Shown: positions 10,174 through 19,949 of the stretch, in pieces
How the letters are laid out: each line of letters opens with the position of its first letter
Position numbering within the stretch: the first letter of the stretch is position 1
Virus record (IMG/VR): IMGVR_UViG_3300014039_000004
Strand: one strand, 5' to 3'
DNA length: 64,000 bases
From: a virus
The notes under the pieces: model-generated
Database searches by the model: none
Seen by the model: only the letters and a program-made list of their open reading frames with translations
Told to the model about the DNA's origin: nothing
Program-made: the position numbers and the translations under genes

Positions 10174-10278
10174 AACTTAATTAAGTTTTATTTGTTTATT
10201 ATTAGAGAAAATAAATGGGAGACCACTATTTATAAGTAATCTCCCATTATTAAGATTGTATTTAGGACAAGCTAATTA

Positions 10279-11067
10279 TTACTTCTTAGCAATACGAATA
10301 GGGTCAACATCCTTCTCAAACTCAATAGGATAAATCATAATCTTGACATTCTCCTTGCCATTATTATAATCAACCTCCTGAGCTTCATCAAGAAGAACAT
10401 TGAAATAACGATTCTTCTTATCAGCATTATCACCAAGGTCAGACTTCAAAGTAGTCCAAATAGCATTATCAGTAAAGTTCAAAGCACAACCAACACCTGT
10501 AGCATTAGATGTAGTAGCAGTCTTAGAACCACTAGCAGCATGGAACTTAGGTGACTCAACCATATCAATAGTCAACTTCTGAGCCAACTCCTCATCTGAC
10601 ATCTCACCAAAAGTCTGAATGAGAGCATCACGATTAGCATCAACAATATCCATTGCATGCTCATTAAGATACTTCTCCTTATCAGCCTTACTATAACGCT
10701 CAGATGCCATTACAGGATTACCCTTAGAATCATACTGCTTAACACCCTTAGCAATAAACCACTGACTAAAAGCATCAAGAACAGTCTGCTGACCATCACG
10801 AGAATCAAGGTCAATACCATTCTCTTCTGCATACTTAACAATATCGTCAACACGAGCCTGAATAGCTGCTTCAACACCTTGAATATTATTCAAGAACATA
10901 ATATTCTCACCTACAGCAACACCAAGTGCCTTGCTAACAGGACTTGTAATAGAGAACTTACCCTGTGTAGAATTAGCAATAAGCTGAGGATTAGCATTTA
11001 CCACAGACTTCTTCTGACCAGCGACGAGAGCATTAACACCAAACTGAATTTTGTTACCTAACTTCAT
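10279..11067 (-). CDS. hypothetical protein (codon usage suggests high expression)
   Basis: 262-aa ORF with G+C visibly above the genome background. The antisense shadow ORF 10657..11061 was rejected. Confidence 0.6.
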   Translation of the reverse strand: MKLGNKIQFGVNALVAGQKKSVVNANPQLIANSTQGKFSITSPVSKALGVAVGENIMFLNNIQGVEAAIQARVDDIVKYAEENGIDLDSRDGQQTVLDAFSQWFIAKGVKQYDSKGNPVMASERYSKADKEKYLNEHAMDIVDANRDALIQTFGEMSDEELAQKLTIDMVESPKFHAASGSKTATTSNATGVGCALNFTDNAIWTTLKSDLGDNADKKNRYFNVLLDEAQEVDYNNGKENVKIMIYPIEFEKDVDPIRIAKK

Positions 11068-11167
11068 AATTGTAAGTTTTAATAGGATTAATAAATTAAT
11101 TAATTAAAGAAATATAGAGTAAAACTCTAAGTTTATTATTTTATGGATTATTTATTTTAATACTACT

Positions 11168-12091
11168 TTAATCTTGAACTTCTTCATAAGTAGTATCTAT
11201 TACATCAGAATCGTTAATATCCATATTATTAACAATTTTGAGTTCTGTAAGCTCTTGACATCCCATAATTGCATCAGCAGCAATATCACGAGCACCAAGA
11301 GTAAAAGCTCTATGACCAATTAATACACGAGGATACTTTTTATAAGTATCTTTATCAAATAGACCAGCTACTTGTGCTTCACTAAAACTAAAATGACTAG
11401 TACAATTAACTTCATGTTCATGACCATTAATCATTTTATATCTAGTAAATTGATACTCAGTAACATAATCTATAGGTTGAGCAGCTATACGTATTACAGG
11501 AAATTTACCTTCTTTTGCAATACTAACTGCTTGTATTCTATTGATACATTTAACACATTTATCATTTATTTGAAACTCATTATAAGTATTACCTTTTAAA
11601 TCAGCATACCATTTAACAGGATAAACTCCTACAGTTTCATCATTTGTTTTTTCCTCAGCTTCTTTAGCAGTACGACATTTAACACAATATTGAGGAAGTT
11701 GTGTTTCATTATAAATCGTATTACCATCAGTATACTGATACTGAGGAGTATAATCTTTAGTACATTTCCAAACTACTCCTGCCCTTAGTAATAACGACTT
11801 TATAATATGAATATCTACGCCAGTCTTACCATTAATAACATGTATATGTTCAACGCAAGTACTAAATGGTAATCTAAGGTCTTGTGCTCTAGTAAGAATA
11901 GCTAAACCATCAGCTACACTTTTAATACCTCCTTTTTCACTTGCCATATACTTTTTAAGAAAAATCTCAGCACTAGCAAGTTGCTTTTCATCAAGAAGGT
12001 CTAGAACACGAAGATTAGTAGAGGAATCATAATGTCTTGTAGCCAATGTACGACTACTACCACTATTAGTTACTTCATTTTGCTTGTCCAT
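11168..12091 (-). CDS. putative RecT-like single-strand annealing protein
   Basis: 307 aa. Segment LRLPFSTCVEHIHVINGKTGVDIHIIKSLLLRAGVVW resembles the RecT core pattern from memory. Confidence 0.35.
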   Translation of the reverse strand: MDKQNEVTNSGSSRTLATRHYDSSTNLRVLDLLDEKQLASAEIFLKKYMASEKGGIKSVADGLAILTRAQDLRLPFSTCVEHIHVINGKTGVDIHIIKSLLLRAGVVWKCTKDYTPQYQYTDGNTIYNETQLPQYCVKCRTAKEAEEKTNDETVGVYPVKWYADLKGNTYNEFQINDKCVKCINRIQAVSIAKEGKFPVIRIAAQPIDYVTEYQFTRYKMINGHEHEVNCTSHFSFSEAQVAGLFDKDTYKKYPRVLIGHRAFTLGARDIAADAIMGCQELTELKIVNNMDINDSDVIDTTYEEVQD

Positions 12092-12143
12092 TATTTCAAA
12101 GAACTTTGTTTCGATTATCTGTTACAAATATAATACTTTCTTT

Positions 12144-13553
12144 TTAATCTGCAACACTAAAATCAAAATTATTTTCACTAAAATTATCTTTTTCTACTAT
12201 TACATGATTTTTATCTATATCTTTATTATCTAACAATTTTTCTTCTGTTGTGCTTTTACAATATATAGTATATAATACTATTTTATTATTTAAATACCTT
12301 ATATTAGATAAACGATACAAATAATTTTTTATATCTCCACATTGAGGAGAAGTTATAATAACAATATCTACATTGCCTCTAAGTTTTTTATCAGGTGCAT
12401 TACCTGTACTAAGTACATTAATAACACCTTTATTAAACAATAATTCATTATTAGTTCGTTGAGCTTGTGCTTTTAATATTTTAGGTTCACCTTTGTGTTC
12501 TCCATTTTTATAAGTTAAAAGTTGACCATTAATATCTACAGCATAAGCAGGTTCAATTTTATCATGATAATTACCACATATTATTTTTCCTTCTTGTTTA
12601 TTAATATAATCTGTAACATTATTTGCAAAATCACTTCTTTTATTTATAATAAGAATATTTTTATTTTTATTTTCTTTAACTATATTATAAATACTTCCAA
12701 GTTTAAGTTTATAATCTGATAAAAGAATTGCTCTATTATGAATAATTTCATAAGTTTTAGAAGCTCTTTCTTTTATATTACTAGGATTATAAAGATTATC
12801 AAGTTGCATATTAAATGAACTAGACATATCAAGATGTTCATTCCATCCATTTTCTTTAGCAAGTTGATTACAAATTTGAATTGCACTTATATTAAGTTTT
12901 GTATTACCTATTCTGGCTTCATCAATTTTATCAAATCCACCAAAAATAGCAATACTAGTAGAAATATAATTATTATAATATTCAAGAAGTTTAGCATCTT
13001 CAGAATTTGGTTCAATAGTTACACCAATTCTAGTTTCTTCTACGGGGGTGCTCAATCGAACTAACTCTAATTCATTAGCTTTAAATTCATCTAAAAGTGG
13101 ACAAAGTTTATAAAGTTCAATATTATCTTCTTTATTTTTAAGAAATTTATTAAGAATAGTAAGTTTAAATTTACTACTTTCATAAAAACATCTTAAATGT
13201 TTAAAAGGACTAGTAATATGATAAGCAATAAATAAAGTAGGAATACTAACAGGATGTTTAATAATAAAATCTTGTGTTACAATACTAATATGTTTACTTT
13301 TAAATAAATCTTTAAATTTATTATTAATATCTTCATCTTCTTGATGAGTTAAAAACTCCATAATACTAATTCTTTCATCAAAACTAAAAGTACATATTAG
13401 AGTTTTACAACTATTAGAATTTTGATATATTCTATTTAATATACCAGATATAAGATATTTATCATTAATAGTATTTGGTATAATAGCACTTCCTACACCT
13501 TTATTTTGTCTCCATCGTTCGATAGCTTTATCAAATAAATTATGTAAGTTCAT
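12144..13553 (-). CDS. hypothetical protein, possibly a degenerate SF2 helicase-like ATPase
   Basis: 469 aa. No clean Walker A seen. Location in the replication module only. Confidence 0.3.
   Translation of the reverse strand: MNLHNLFDKAIERWRQNKGVGSAIIPNTINDKYLISGILNRIYQNSNSCKTLICTFSFDERISIMEFLTHQEDEDINNKFKDLFKSKHISIVTQDFIIKHPVSIPTLFIAYHITSPFKHLRCFYESSKFKLTILNKFLKNKEDNIELYKLCPLLDEFKANELELVRLSTPVEETRIGVTIEPNSEDAKLLEYYNNYISTSIAIFGGFDKIDEARIGNTKLNISAIQICNQLAKENGWNEHLDMSSSFNMQLDNLYNPSNIKERASKTYEIIHNRAILLSDYKLKLGSIYNIVKENKNKNILIINKRSDFANNVTDYINKQEGKIICGNYHDKIEPAYAVDINGQLLTYKNGEHKGEPKILKAQAQRTNNELLFNKGVINVLSTGNAPDKKLRGNVDIVIITSPQCGDIKNYLYRLSNIRYLNNKIVLYTIYCKSTTEEKLLDNKDIDKNHVIVEKDNFSENNFDFSVAD
13035..13051 (+). 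repeat. 17-nt motif, forward variant: TTCTTCTACGGGGGTGC
   Basis: Inside 12144..13553, antisense to the gene. The gene reads STPVEE. Confidence 0.75.
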
Positions 13554-13559
13554 ATCTTT

Positions 13560-15881
13560 TTATTTAAATGTATCATCATTATCAAATAAAGTATTATAAC
13601 TATGAGAATATTTTTTAATAAGACTCTTACCACTTTTAGTACTTTTAATACTATTAGCTTTAAGATTAGATGAAATACCTAATTTAATAGGGTCTATAAT
13701 TTTATAACATTCATCATAGTAATATTTATAATTAATATTTCTTTCTTCTATAGGTTTATCATCTAAAGAATTAAGAATTATAACAGGTTTTCCACCAGCA
13801 AGTTTACTACGTTGTAAAGTAGTTTTTTGTCTTTTAGTTATAATAATTCCTTTAGTAGAAACATAAAATCTTACATGACGTTGTGATACAATAGTTTTAA
13901 GTTTACCATTTTCTACTTTGTCATAAACAACATCAAATTGTTTACCAACATTTTGAGTTTTACAAAAATCAAGAATATCAGTATGATTATGTAAAGTTTC
14001 CATTATTGGAGTATTATTTACAAAATATTCAAAAACAGCTTTAGCAACAATAGGCATATCATAACCTTTTTTTAAATCTTTAATATATTGTTTAGGGTCT
14101 AATGCTCCTTTAAATTCAATACTATTATCTGTTTGAATATCAAAATAATTATTTATGTCTCTACTAACAATTTCTTTATATTCTTCATAATCAGCTCCCA
14201 TTTTATTAAATTTATTCCATCTATCTGTAATATCTTTATAAACTTCAAATTTATCTTTAGGAAGTTTAATAACAATACCATCAGTATTAGCTGAAATAAC
14301 ATGAATACCATTAAGTTCAAGTTCTTCAATAAGAGTCATTGTCATTAATTGACCATTAATAGTAACTTGCATTTGAGCAAATCTATCATAAAGAAAGAAA
14401 AGTTCACTTCCAAGTTTACCATATATACTATTAATAACAATTTTAAGAGCTTCTGCACCTATTTTATTAGGTACTCCTTCCATTATATAACCTTCACTAT
14501 CTTTAGTATGTTTACATTTTACACGAGTTTCTTTAAGAAAACTAATCATTTTAACAAATACAGTTTTATTAAGATGTTTAGGTGCAATATTATAACTAAT
14601 CATAATACTAGGATAATAACTAGTATAATCATGATGTAAATAAATATATTTATCATCAGACTTACATACTCTAGGTGGGTCTTGACTATGTATGCCACCT
14701 GTAGCTATTGTATATTTAGTACCATAAAAATCAATAGTACGTTCAAAAGCTGATTTATTAGTATGATATATTACTACATTCTTAATATCATCAAGAAAAT
14801 CTTGAAGTTGTTTAGTTTTAAATTTAATATGTGGGAAAATAATCTTTTTAAAACTAAGTTTAGTTCTATTAGTACGTTCTTTTATAAATTGGTCTTTATG
14901 CAGACCACTCATATCAGAATAAAATTTAACTGTAAGTTTATCTGCAATATTTGCTCTAGCACTACATAAAACATTAACTCCAAAAGCATGAGTAATACTA
15001 TATCTAAGTTTTACTTCATCAGGTTTTTGTCTAACTATTTCACAACAAAGAAAAACATCATTCTTATTATAATATAACATAGGTTCTATATATTTTGGTA
15101 GAACATATCTATCAAAATCATTTGTAATAAGAAGATTAAGTTGTTCAATAGGCATACCACGATAATTATCTTTTTTATACCAATAAGCATTAGCTTCTTC
15201 TTCATCTATAGAAGGAAGTGTAAAATCAAGTAATTCATGCCATTTAAGATTAATAGAAGTTTGTTTAAGAGATTTACCAAATTTGATTCGTTCACCTGTA
15301 TCTTTATCTACATTTACTCCAGCAGAATTAAGACCATAAACTTTTTGTAAATCAATAGTTTGATATGGAAGACGATAATTTTTTAAAAGTTCTATAGTTT
15401 TATCATTATAAAAAGCATCTTTATCATTTTGAAGACTAATAATTTTTTTACTAAGTTCATAAAGATATTTAATTAATTCTTTAGTAGTATCAAAATGATT
15501 AAAATACATCATAAAACCTTTAATCATTAAATCATCATAACTTTGATTATTAAAACCAAATAAATCATATCTAACAGGTACTTGTACAATCATACCATCA
15601 TCAGTAGCTTTAGTTTCATAATGTGCTACCATTTGATTAATATAACTAACAAGTTCTAATAATTGATTATCATCTGTATCACTAATATAAAAAATTTTAT
15701 TTTTAACTTTATCAAGTCTTTGTTTAATATTAGCAACAGATAAACATTCAGTTAATGGTTTAGGTTTACCTTTATTATCTACACAATCTTTAAAAGTATT
15801 AAGATAATTTTGTAAATCAATAAAAGTAATACTAAATAAATTTGGAAATATTTCTACATCATAAGCTATACTATGTATCAT
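13560..15881 (-). CDS. family B DNA polymerase
   Basis: 773 aa. Exonuclease motifs YDVEIF, NNQSYDDLMI and YYNKNDV. Polymerase motifs DYTSYYPSIM (A), KIVINSIYGKLG (B) and SANTDGIVI (C). Confidence 0.92.
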   Translation of the reverse strand: MIHSIAYDVEIFPNLFSITFIDLQNYLNTFKDCVDNKGKPKPLTECLSVANIKQRLDKVKNKIFYISDTDDNQLLELVSYINQMVAHYETKATDDGMIVQVPVRYDLFGFNNQSYDDLMIKGFMMYFNHFDTTKELIKYLYELSKKIISLQNDKDAFYNDKTIELLKNYRLPYQTIDLQKVYGLNSAGVNVDKDTGERIKFGKSLKQTSINLKWHELLDFTLPSIDEEEANAYWYKKDNYRGMPIEQLNLLITNDFDRYVLPKYIEPMLYYNKNDVFLCCEIVRQKPDEVKLRYSITHAFGVNVLCSARANIADKLTVKFYSDMSGLHKDQFIKERTNRTKLSFKKIIFPHIKFKTKQLQDFLDDIKNVVIYHTNKSAFERTIDFYGTKYTIATGGIHSQDPPRVCKSDDKYIYLHHDYTSYYPSIMISYNIAPKHLNKTVFVKMISFLKETRVKCKHTKDSEGYIMEGVPNKIGAEALKIVINSIYGKLGSELFFLYDRFAQMQVTINGQLMTMTLIEELELNGIHVISANTDGIVIKLPKDKFEVYKDITDRWNKFNKMGADYEEYKEIVSRDINNYFDIQTDNSIEFKGALDPKQYIKDLKKGYDMPIVAKAVFEYFVNNTPIMETLHNHTDILDFCKTQNVGKQFDVVYDKVENGKLKTIVSQRHVRFYVSTKGIIITKRQKTTLQRSKLAGGKPVIILNSLDDKPIEERNINYKYYYDECYKIIDPIKLGISSNLKANSIKSTKSGKSLIKKYSHSYNTLFDNDDTFK

Positions 15882-16426
15882 AGTCTAAGAATATTATATT
15901 GTGTAAAATCATTATAAGTAATACTATTATACCATTTTCTAAGATAAGTTTTAAATACTTCAAATTTATTATTATCAGTATATTTAACAAGAGGAGAATA
16001 ATTAATAGAATAAATTCTACCATTATGGGAAATACAAAGATTATTAAGATTATCTTTTATATCACAATTAAGAAATCTTCTACCTGCATCACCTAATAAT
16101 AATATATGTTTAAATTGATATTTATTTATATCATTATTAAAATGATATAAACATCTATTATAAATATCATTATTAAGTTCACAAGCAATAGTTTCATTAC
16201 AGCGAATAAAAGGTAAAATATATAAGTCTGTTACCTCCCCCGTAGAAGAAATAACAGACTTAATAATCTCTACTTGATTACTATATCCAATATTACCTTT
16301 TTTATAAGCATTATAATCTACATTAGGTATTACAATACATTTACCTAAATAAGGATTACCAATACCTTGTAAATTATAATGCTTAGTATTAAAAAGTCTC
16401 ATTGGACATTCTTTACAAACATCCAT
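15878..16426 (-). CDS. uracil-DNA glycosylase-like protein (family 4-like)
   Basis: 182 aa. N-terminal CKECPMRL, and INYSPLV resembling the H-P-S-P-L motif. Adjacent to PolB, as in crAss-like phages. Confidence 0.5.
   Translation of the reverse strand: MDVCKECPMRLFNTKHYNLQGIGNPYLGKCIVIPNVDYNAYKKGNIGYSNQVEIIKSVISSTGEVTDLYILPFIRCNETIACELNNDIYNRCLYHFNNDINKYQFKHILLLGDAGRRFLNCDIKDNLNNLCISHNGRIYSINYSPLVKYTDNNKFEVFKTYLRKWYNSITYNDFTQYNILRL
16234..16250 (-). repeat. 17-nt motif, reverse (CCTCCCCCGTAGAAGAA on the plus strand)
   Basis: Inside the UDG-like gene, translated as SSTGEV. Confidence 0.85.
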
Positions 16427-16429
16427 TAA

Positions 16430-16720
16430 TTAAATATCAACATTATCAATAATTACTCTTTTTAATTGTAATTTACCGATATATCCTCTAGCTCTTAATT
16501 CAAGAATTAAATCTCTAGAACTAAAATTAGCAAAACGTTCATCTTTAGAACAATCTTCCCCTAAACAACGTTTACATACTGATCTTCTTCTAGTTCCATT
16601 AGCATATACATGAAACATATAAAGTGGAAGATGTGCACTACATTTAGAACATTTATAAGTTTTAGTGGTATCTAAAGGTTTAGGTTTTTTATAAGTTTTA
16701 TGTTTTTTATTAGTTTCCAT
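16430..16720 (-). CDS. hypothetical zinc-ribbon protein
   Basis: 96 aa with CSKCSAH...CKRCLGEDC. Confidence 0.5.
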   Translation of the reverse strand: METNKKHKTYKKPKPLDTTKTYKCSKCSAHLPLYMFHVYANGTRRRSVCKRCLGEDCSKDERFANFSSRDLILELRARGYIGKLQLKRVIIDNVDI

Positions 16721-18200
16721 AATATAAATAAAGTTTATTTTTACAACGACTACAAGCTACATAAAGTCTACGATTAACTTCTTCTACATTAGTATAAGGA
16801 TTTCCATATTTATCATAAATTATATCATTTACATCTACAAATACTGTATCAAAAGTACTTCCTTGACTTTTATGAGCAGTTAATGCAAAACCATAATCTA
16901 GGTCTCTACTAAATTCAATTTTATTTTGATTATTAATAATATTAGTAAGTAACAAACAAGATTCTTTAAAAGAATAATATTCTTTCCATCTAGCAGATAC
17001 AGTTTTACCACTAGCAGTTTTAGCAGCATTAATAAATTCTCTAGATATTTTTACATAAGTTGCAATACTAAATTTATCTTTATGGTCTACAATAAATAAA
17101 GGAGTAGTATTATCACCACCATGAATAGCAGTAAATCTTACCATAAATCCTTTAATATTATATTTAGGATGAATATAGTTTACAACATCTTTAAGAATAT
17201 ATTCTTCAGAATTTTTAATAATACAATCATTAAATTTATCAACAAGAGTACTATAACTAAGAATTAAATCATTTTTTGTAATAATAGATTTATCTGCGTC
17301 TTTAATTATTGCATTTCTAACAATTTTATTCCAATATGAAACTCTGTTATTAGTAAACGCAATAATTCTAGCATAATCGATATTACTAGTTATTTGACTA
17401 TCATTAAAATTATTATAAATTATATTATTAAAAGTTTTTGTATTACAAACAGAATAACCTTTAGTATAATCTTCATTTACTTTAGATGGATATTTACATA
17501 TATAATTTAAAAAAGAATAAGTTTTATGTTTAATATCATATCTTAATAAATCAAGAAGATAACTAACAGGATTATCTTCACCTTGTCTTACAATTTCAGA
17601 AAGTTTAGAAATTTTAATATTAGTAAAAGTACTTGAATAAGTTTCACCTACAGGTGCTAATTGACTATCATCTCCAATATAAATAATTTTACATTGTTTT
17701 TCTTTACATAATCTTTCTAAAAAAGTATAAAGACCTTTATTAATCATAGAAGATTCATCAACTATATAAAGTTTATATTCTCCTATTTTAATATTACCTT
17801 TTGGGTCAAAAGGAGGATTATTAATATCAAACTTTTCAACATCAAAATTAAGTCTAAGACCTAAATCAGATTGTAATGTATTAACTTTTACATTTCTAAT
17901 ATTAATACTTTCACTAAGAACTCTACAAGCTTTATGTGTAGGAGCAGCTAAACCTATAGTAGAATAACTCATATTACTATTTTGAATAAGAGCTTTTACT
18001 AAATAAGTCTTACCTGTTCCAGCAGCACCAATTAAGGCTCTTTTATAATCATTTTTATTATAAGGAGCATTAATAAAGCCTATAAGTTCATTATAGGCTT
18101 TACTTTGGTCATTAGTAAAATTTAATGTACTAATTGCTGTTTTACCATTTGCTGTACTGAAAGTAATATTTTCATTTAAACAACGGTTTTGATTCATCAA
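16710..18200 (-). CDS. SF1 DNA helicase (RecD/Dda-like)
   Basis: 496 aa. Walker A GAAGTGKTYLV, Walker B LYIVDESSMI, motif V/VI ALTAHKSQGSTFDTVFVDV, and RRLYVACSR. Confidence 0.85.
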   Translation of the reverse strand: MMNQNRCLNENITFSTANGKTAISTLNFTNDQSKAYNELIGFINAPYNKNDYKRALIGAAGTGKTYLVKALIQNSNMSYSTIGLAAPTHKACRVLSESINIRNVKVNTLQSDLGLRLNFDVEKFDINNPPFDPKGNIKIGEYKLYIVDESSMINKGLYTFLERLCKEKQCKIIYIGDDSQLAPVGETYSSTFTNIKISKLSEIVRQGEDNPVSYLLDLLRYDIKHKTYSFLNYICKYPSKVNEDYTKGYSVCNTKTFNNIIYNNFNDSQITSNIDYARIIAFTNNRVSYWNKIVRNAIIKDADKSIITKNDLILSYSTLVDKFNDCIIKNSEEYILKDVVNYIHPKYNIKGFMVRFTAIHGGDNTTPLFIVDHKDKFSIATYVKISREFINAAKTASGKTVSARWKEYYSFKESCLLLTNIINNQNKIEFSRDLDYGFALTAHKSQGSTFDTVFVDVNDIIYDKYGNPYTNVEEVNRRLYVACSRCKNKLYLYYGN

Positions 18201-18642
18201 TATTATAATCTTTAATAGGATTTGATGTTGGACTAAAAGCTAATACATCTTTAAAACAAAAATGTAAACGTTTAGCAGCTCTCACAATGTTACCAACAAC
18301 TACAACATTATTATAAAAAGGAATAAAATGTTCTTTACTTCCTGGAAAACTTCTAGCTTTATATTTATCTCTTATATGACAAATATATCTACCTTTATTA
18401 GTTCTATTTTTTTCAAAAACTAATTCTCTATTTTCTAGGTCATAACTATCAAAAGTAAAAGGTATAGTTACAAAAGAAGGATTGTTTGGGTCATCAAGTA
18501 GACTAACTCTACATTTAAATTCCCCATCTTCTCTTACAACTATACCTTTACACAATCTACTAACTTTTGTTAGAGCTTGTTCTCTTTTATATCGTTTACT
18601 ACTTTTTGCTATATTAATAGTAAACCCATTGTAACTTTTCAT
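18172..18642 (-). CDS. hypothetical protein
   Basis: 156-aa ORF, co-oriented. Confidence 0.55.
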   Translation of the reverse strand: MKSYNGFTINIAKSSKRYKREQALTKVSRLCKGIVVREDGEFKCRVSLLDDPNNPSFVTIPFTFDSYDLENRELVFEKNRTNKGRYICHIRDKYKARSFPGSKEHFIPFYNNVVVVGNIVRAAKRLHFCFKDVLAFSPTSNPIKDYNIDESKPLFK

Positions 18643-18938
18643 TACTTTTTCTTTTTATTAGTTTTATCACTAAGCTTAGGTTGTTTATTAGCTTTTTTAG
18701 CTACTCTTGCTTTAGGCTTATCATTATCATCATTGTTATTACGTCCTGTTGAAATAAATATTGTATTATCCCAAACAAGATGCCAACCACAATATTTAGT
18801 AAGATAATCAAGTTTACCTAAAAGTCTAATACCTACAATAGAAGACTTATTAATTTTAATAGTTTTATCACCATAATTAATACGTCCAATACGTGATACA
18901 CTAATCAAATCTTTGTTTTCATCATGTCTTTTAGCCAT
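18642..18938 (-). CDS. hypothetical protein with basic C-terminal tail
   Basis: 98-aa ORF with a K-rich C-terminus. Confidence 0.55.
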   Translation of the reverse strand: MAKRHDENKDLISVSRIGRINYGDKTIKINKSSIVGIRLLGKLDYLTKYCGWHLVWDNTIFISTGRNNNDDNDKPKARVAKKANKQPKLSDKTNKKKK

Positions 18939-18999
18939 TTTACAACAAATTTAAAAATTAATATTAAGTTTATAAATAATAACTCTAAATAGAGTTTTG

Positions 19000-19072
19000 T
19001 CTTCTCTACGAGGCTCGAACTCGTGACCCATACATTAAAAGTGTATTGCTCTACCTACTGAGCTAAGAGAAG
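19000..19072 (-). tRNA. tRNA-Lys (anticodon UUU)
   Basis: Hand-folded 73-nt cloverleaf. Acceptor CTTCTCT/AGAGAAG, D arm GCTC-AGTAGGTA-GAGC, anticodon arm ATACA-CTTTTAA-TGTAT, T arm ACGAG-TTCGAGC-CTCGT. Confidence 0.85.
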
Positions 19073-19168
19073 AATTGATATTACTATTTTCACAAACCGT
19101 AATATCATATACAATAAACCAAATAACAATTAAAGTTTATCAACTATGAAACACATTATTTTAAATAG

Positions 19169-19252
19169 TACCTACAACAGGACTCGAACCTGCACATCTT
19201 ATAAGATAATGGATTTTAAGTCCATTGTGTCTACCAATTCCACCATGTAGGC
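19169..19252 (-). tRNA. tRNA-Leu (anticodon UAA)
   Basis: Hand-folded 84-nt type II tRNA. Acceptor GCCTACA/TGTAGGT, anticodon arm ATGGA-CTTAAAA-TCCAT, long variable arm TATCTTATAAGATGT, T arm GCAGG-TTCGAGT-CCTGT. Confidence 0.85.
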
Positions 19253-19263
19253 TTACCATATTA

Positions 19264-19569
19264 TTAATCAGAAATCATATATAAAATACCACTTACAAAA
19301 ACTGTTACAATAGCAAGTACAACAATAGTAAAGGATATAACATTATTTTCTGTAATAATACCATAAATAAATACAGATTGAATTATTTGTCCAATAACAC
19401 CTCCAATACAAGTAGCAGCTATATCAAGCCAATCAAACTTACCACCATATTTTTTATCTTTAAACTCCATTCCAAGAGCTAATCCTAAAACAAATAATAT
19501 ACTACCTATAAAACCACAAGGTATAGCATATAAAAGATGTTTTGGTCTATCACTTTCTTTTAACCACAT
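19264..19569 (-). CDS. small integral membrane protein
   Basis: 101 aa with about 3 hydrophobic helices (LLYAIPCGFIGSILFVLGLALG; IAATCIGGVIGQIIQSVFIYGII; ISFTIVVLAIVTVFVSGILYMI). Confidence 0.6.
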   Translation of the reverse strand: MWLKESDRPKHLLYAIPCGFIGSILFVLGLALGMEFKDKKYGGKFDWLDIAATCIGGVIGQIIQSVFIYGIITENNVISFTIVVLAIVTVFVSGILYMISD

Positions 19570-19572
19570 AAT

Positions 19573-19592
19573 TTATTTAATATTTTAATTTT
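19573..19592 (+). promoter_or_regulatory. conserved 20-mer TTATTTAATATTTTAATTTT, orphan copy antisense to the local gene block
   Basis: Identical 20-mer at 27093 and 37268, and 18/20 at 55360. Its end plus the next base form a Bacteroides -7-like box TAATTTTG (19586-19593), followed by TATATAAG. Confidence 0.4.
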
Positions 19593-19690
19593 GTATATAA
19601 GCCTTTCTTATTAAAGAGCTAATTAACTATTCACAAAGTATATTTGAAATGAGTAGAGATTGAAAAATCTATATGTATGCTTATTTTCTA

Positions 19691-19810
19691 TTAGTCCATA
19701 TCATAATGATACTCCAATGTACTAAGTAACATATCTGCATCACACTCTTTACCATATTCTTCAATTTCATCATCACTCATATTATTAAAATAATCATCAA
19801 GTTCATTCAT
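19691..19810 (-). CDS. possible small acidic protein (39 aa)
   Basis: Hand-translated ORF below the track cutoff: MNELDDYFNNMSDDEIEEYGKECDADMLLSTLEYHYDMD. Co-oriented with the block. Confidence 0.3.
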   Translation of the reverse strand: MNELDDYFNNMSDDEIEEYGKECDADMLLSTLEYHYDMD

Positions 19811-19949
19811 AATATTAAGAGTATTAAAAAGAGATAGTATAGTTTCACAACTACTATCTCTAAAATCAATAAAATGAAAAATCTTAAACCTATTACTAAA
19901 AATTTCACAATTATTAGTAATATAACTATTTAAATTGTAAACACATAAG

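Noticed and set aside
19000-19013. The 3' end of tRNA-Lys (CCTCGTAGAGAAGA) resembles the reverse 17-nt motif (CCCCGTAGAAGAA), suggesting att-like sites.
   Set aside because: The similarity is short and gapped. There is no integrase or recombinase in the window. It is probably coincidental.
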